Positions 16,585 to 18,434 of a stretch of 18,434 bases of DNA are shown in pieces. A program made the position numbers and the translations under genes. Source of the DNA: Candidatus Sigynarchaeum calidifontis (lineage in GTDB: Archaea; Asgardarchaeota; Lokiarchaeia; Sigyniarchaeales; Sigyniarchaeaceae); NCBI GenBank assembly GCA_030587475.2, contig JAUQYZ020000104.1:1-18434 (forward strand). The letters run 5' to 3'. The notes under the pieces were generated by a model. It did not search any database and had not been told where the DNA came from. It worked only from the letters and a program-made list of their open reading frames with translations. Numbering within the stretch: position 1 is the stretch's first letter; each line of letters starts with the position of its first letter.

Positions 16585-17034
16585 ATGGATGACCAGCTGT
16601 ACAAGATCCACCTCGAATTTGACACGGCGGACCCCGAGGGGAACGAGCTCACGTTCAACTTGCTCCCCTTGCCGAAAGGCGCTCGCATGGTGATCAACCC
16701 GAAGTTCTTACAGCAGCTAATCCAGCTTACCGAGAAAAACCCGGAATACCGGCAGTTGAAAGCCATTAAAATAGCGCAAACCGGCCAGGGCAAGCCGCTT
16801 GCCAAGATCTTCAGCAACTACTACGTGCTCTTTTTCACGAAGAAAGACAGCCAAAAAAAGCGTGGTATCCTCATCTCTTTTGATTGGAACAAGGGGGGCA
16901 TGATTAGCGCTGCGTGGCCAATCTCTTTCCGGGACGAGATCATCACGACCCCGAAGCTACTCATGGACGTGATACACGATCTCAGCGTGCACCCGGACCA
17001 GTACCAGAACGTCAACTTGCTCGTACCAGCGTGA
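16585..17034 (+). CDS. Hypothetical soluble protein (~149 aa)
   Basis: Protein-like composition and GC3-biased codons. Fills the gap divergent from glyS. TTTATATG at 16521-16528. Alternative start TTG 16552. Confidence 0.75.
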   Translation: MDDQLYKIHLEFDTADPEGNELTFNLLPLPKGARMVINPKFLQQLIQLTEKNPEYRQLKAIKIAQTGQGKPLAKIFSNYYVLFFTKKDSQKKRGILISFDWNKGGMISAAWPISFRDEIITTPKLLMDVIHDLSVHPDQYQNVNLLVPA

Positions 17035-17052
17035 CCGCCATGCCTTCTTATT

Positions 17053-17682
17053 TTATTTCTCGCAACCACTTCCAGATACGAATTCATCCCACCAGTCCTC
17101 GTAGTTCCGCACCATCTTAACCGTGCCATCCTTGCGCTTGAATTGAATGCCGCCGAAGGCGTTTATGGCACTGGTGTCTCTCGGATGTGACGTGACCTTG
17201 TCCGGTGCCAGGCTGGCAGGCATAGCAGCCTTGGCAGGAGGGCTTGCAGCGTTTACCTCGCCACTTATCGATTCGAGATTTTCGATGACCCGTCCATTCT
17301 TGTCATAGAAAGCTTCGTGTGCCTCGTCGAGCGAGCGCTTCTGCCGGAGGTGCTGGTAATAGCTGGCTTCGGACGCGAAACGTTCCTTGCACACGGGGCA
17401 CTGGCACGCCTCCTTGAACAGCTGCTCTATGAAGGTCCTGGACACGGACGAGATGTCGAAGCCCGATTCGGCGATGGCTGGAGGCCGCGGCTTGAGCTTC
17501 CGGGATGCACGTATGCTGGCCATCGACCCGCTACACTTGTGATGCCCCGCAAGCCGCCCGTTCTTGTCGAACTCGAACATCAACTTGCATCCATGCTCGC
17601 ACTCCCAGTAAAGCAGCTTGGCACCGCAGAACTTGCACACCAGAGGGAAAGATCTGGTTTTACACCAACGTCCGTGCTTCAT
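17053..17682 (-). CDS. Zinc-finger protein (N-terminal Cys/His cluster plus C2H2-like finger)
   Basis: CKFC..CEHGC..HHKC followed by CPVCKERF-x5-YYQH-x10-H. Confidence 0.78.
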   Translation of the reverse strand: MKHGRWCKTRSFPLVCKFCGAKLLYWECEHGCKLMFEFDKNGRLAGHHKCSGSMASIRASRKLKPRPPAIAESGFDISSVSRTFIEQLFKEACQCPVCKERFASEASYYQHLRQKRSLDEAHEAFYDKNGRVIENLESISGEVNAASPPAKAAMPASLAPDKVTSHPRDTSAINAFGGIQFKRKDGTVKMVRNYEDWWDEFVSGSGCEK

Positions 17683-17799
17683 GGGTTCTTGTCAATGGAA
17701 CCAACACGGCGTGGAGCATTAACCATTGCTGTTAATCGAGTTGCGGAGCATTTTTCTTTGTCTTGTGATTACTAAGGAAGAGTATCCGGAGTCAGAGCC

Positions 17800-18434
17800 A
17801 TGGTGCGCATCTACAACACGCTCACCAAGAAAGTCGAGGAATTCGTGCCGCAGAACCCGCCACGTGTCACGATGTACACGTGTGGGCCAACGGTTTACGA
17901 CTCGCCTCACGTAGGGCACGTACGGTCAGCTGTCGCGTTCGATGTTATCTGGCGATACCTGGAATACAAGGGCTATGACGTCATCTTCGCGCGCAATTAC
18001 ACGGATATTGATGACAAGATGATCAACCGCGCGAGCAAGCAAGGCACCACGATCTTGCAGCTGGCAAAGCAATACATCCGGGAATACGAGATAGCAATGG
18101 ACGCGCTCAACGTCAAGCCACCGGTCTATGCTCCACGTGCAACCCACTTCATCGCGGAGATGATCGCCTTCATCAAGGACCTCGAAGCCAAGGGGTTCGC
18201 ATACGTCAAGAACGGAAGCGTCTACTTCTCCGTGCCCAGGTTCGATGCATACGGCCGGCTCAGCAAGAAACCGCAGAAGGAGATCACGGACATCGGCCGC
18301 CGGGACTCGGAAGAGTTCGGGGAGGATAAGGACGACCCGCGCGACTTTGCCCTCTGGAAGGCCCAGAAGCCCGGGGAACCCGCCTGGGACTCGCCGTGGG
18401 GCAAGGGCCGCCCGGGCTGGCACATCGAGTGCTC
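17800..18434 (+). CDS. cysS: Cysteine--tRNA ligase, 5' part (runs off the window)
   Basis: Manual translation: MVRIYNTLTKKVEEF..MYTCGPTVYDSPHVGH..NYTDIDDK..DFALWK..WDSPWGKGRPGWHIEC. Confidence 0.97.
   Translation, partial: MVRIYNTLTKKVEEFVPQNPPRVTMYTCGPTVYDSPHVGHVRSAVAFDVIWRYLEYKGYDVIFARNYTDIDDKMINRASKQGTTILQLAKQYIREYEIAMDALNVKPPVYAPRATHFIAEMIAFIKDLEAKGFAYVKNGSVYFSVPRFDAYGRLSKKPQKEITDIGRRDSEEFGEDKDDPRDFALWKAQKPGEPAWDSPWGKGRPGWHIEC

Noticed and set aside
17926-18423. 165-aa minus-strand ORF listed in the track
   Set aside because: Antisense to the unmistakable cysS frame.

Overview
Archaeal core-genome window, by inference Asgard/Lokiarchaeia-like: EF-1alpha carries the 11-aa 'eocyte' insertion, and there is a eukaryote-like STT3, a Rag-type GTPase and RPA14. 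It is GC-rich and holds 17 genes. A long minus-strand run, in transcription order, is EF-1alpha, TIM-barrel metalloenzyme, YkgJ Fe-S protein, secreted HExxH metalloprotease, polytopic membrane protein, Rag-like GTPase, NIPA/DMT transporter, STT3/AglB. Next come an RHH regulator, rpa14-pyrB divergent from rfcS-truA, glyS, a hypothetical protein, a double zinc-finger protein and a 5' fragment of cysS that is absent from the ORF track. No mobile elements, CRISPR arrays, rRNA or tRNA genes were seen. Most notable: (1) EF-1alpha appears to start at a non-canonical AUU codon behind a structured leader with a UUCG hairpin. (2) A full-length Rag-like GTPase sits between two membrane transporter-like genes and near a surface peptidase, a possible prokaryotic nutrient-sensing module. 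(3) STT3 has a sequon-dense C-terminal extension. All family calls come from motif recognition by eye; no searches were run.
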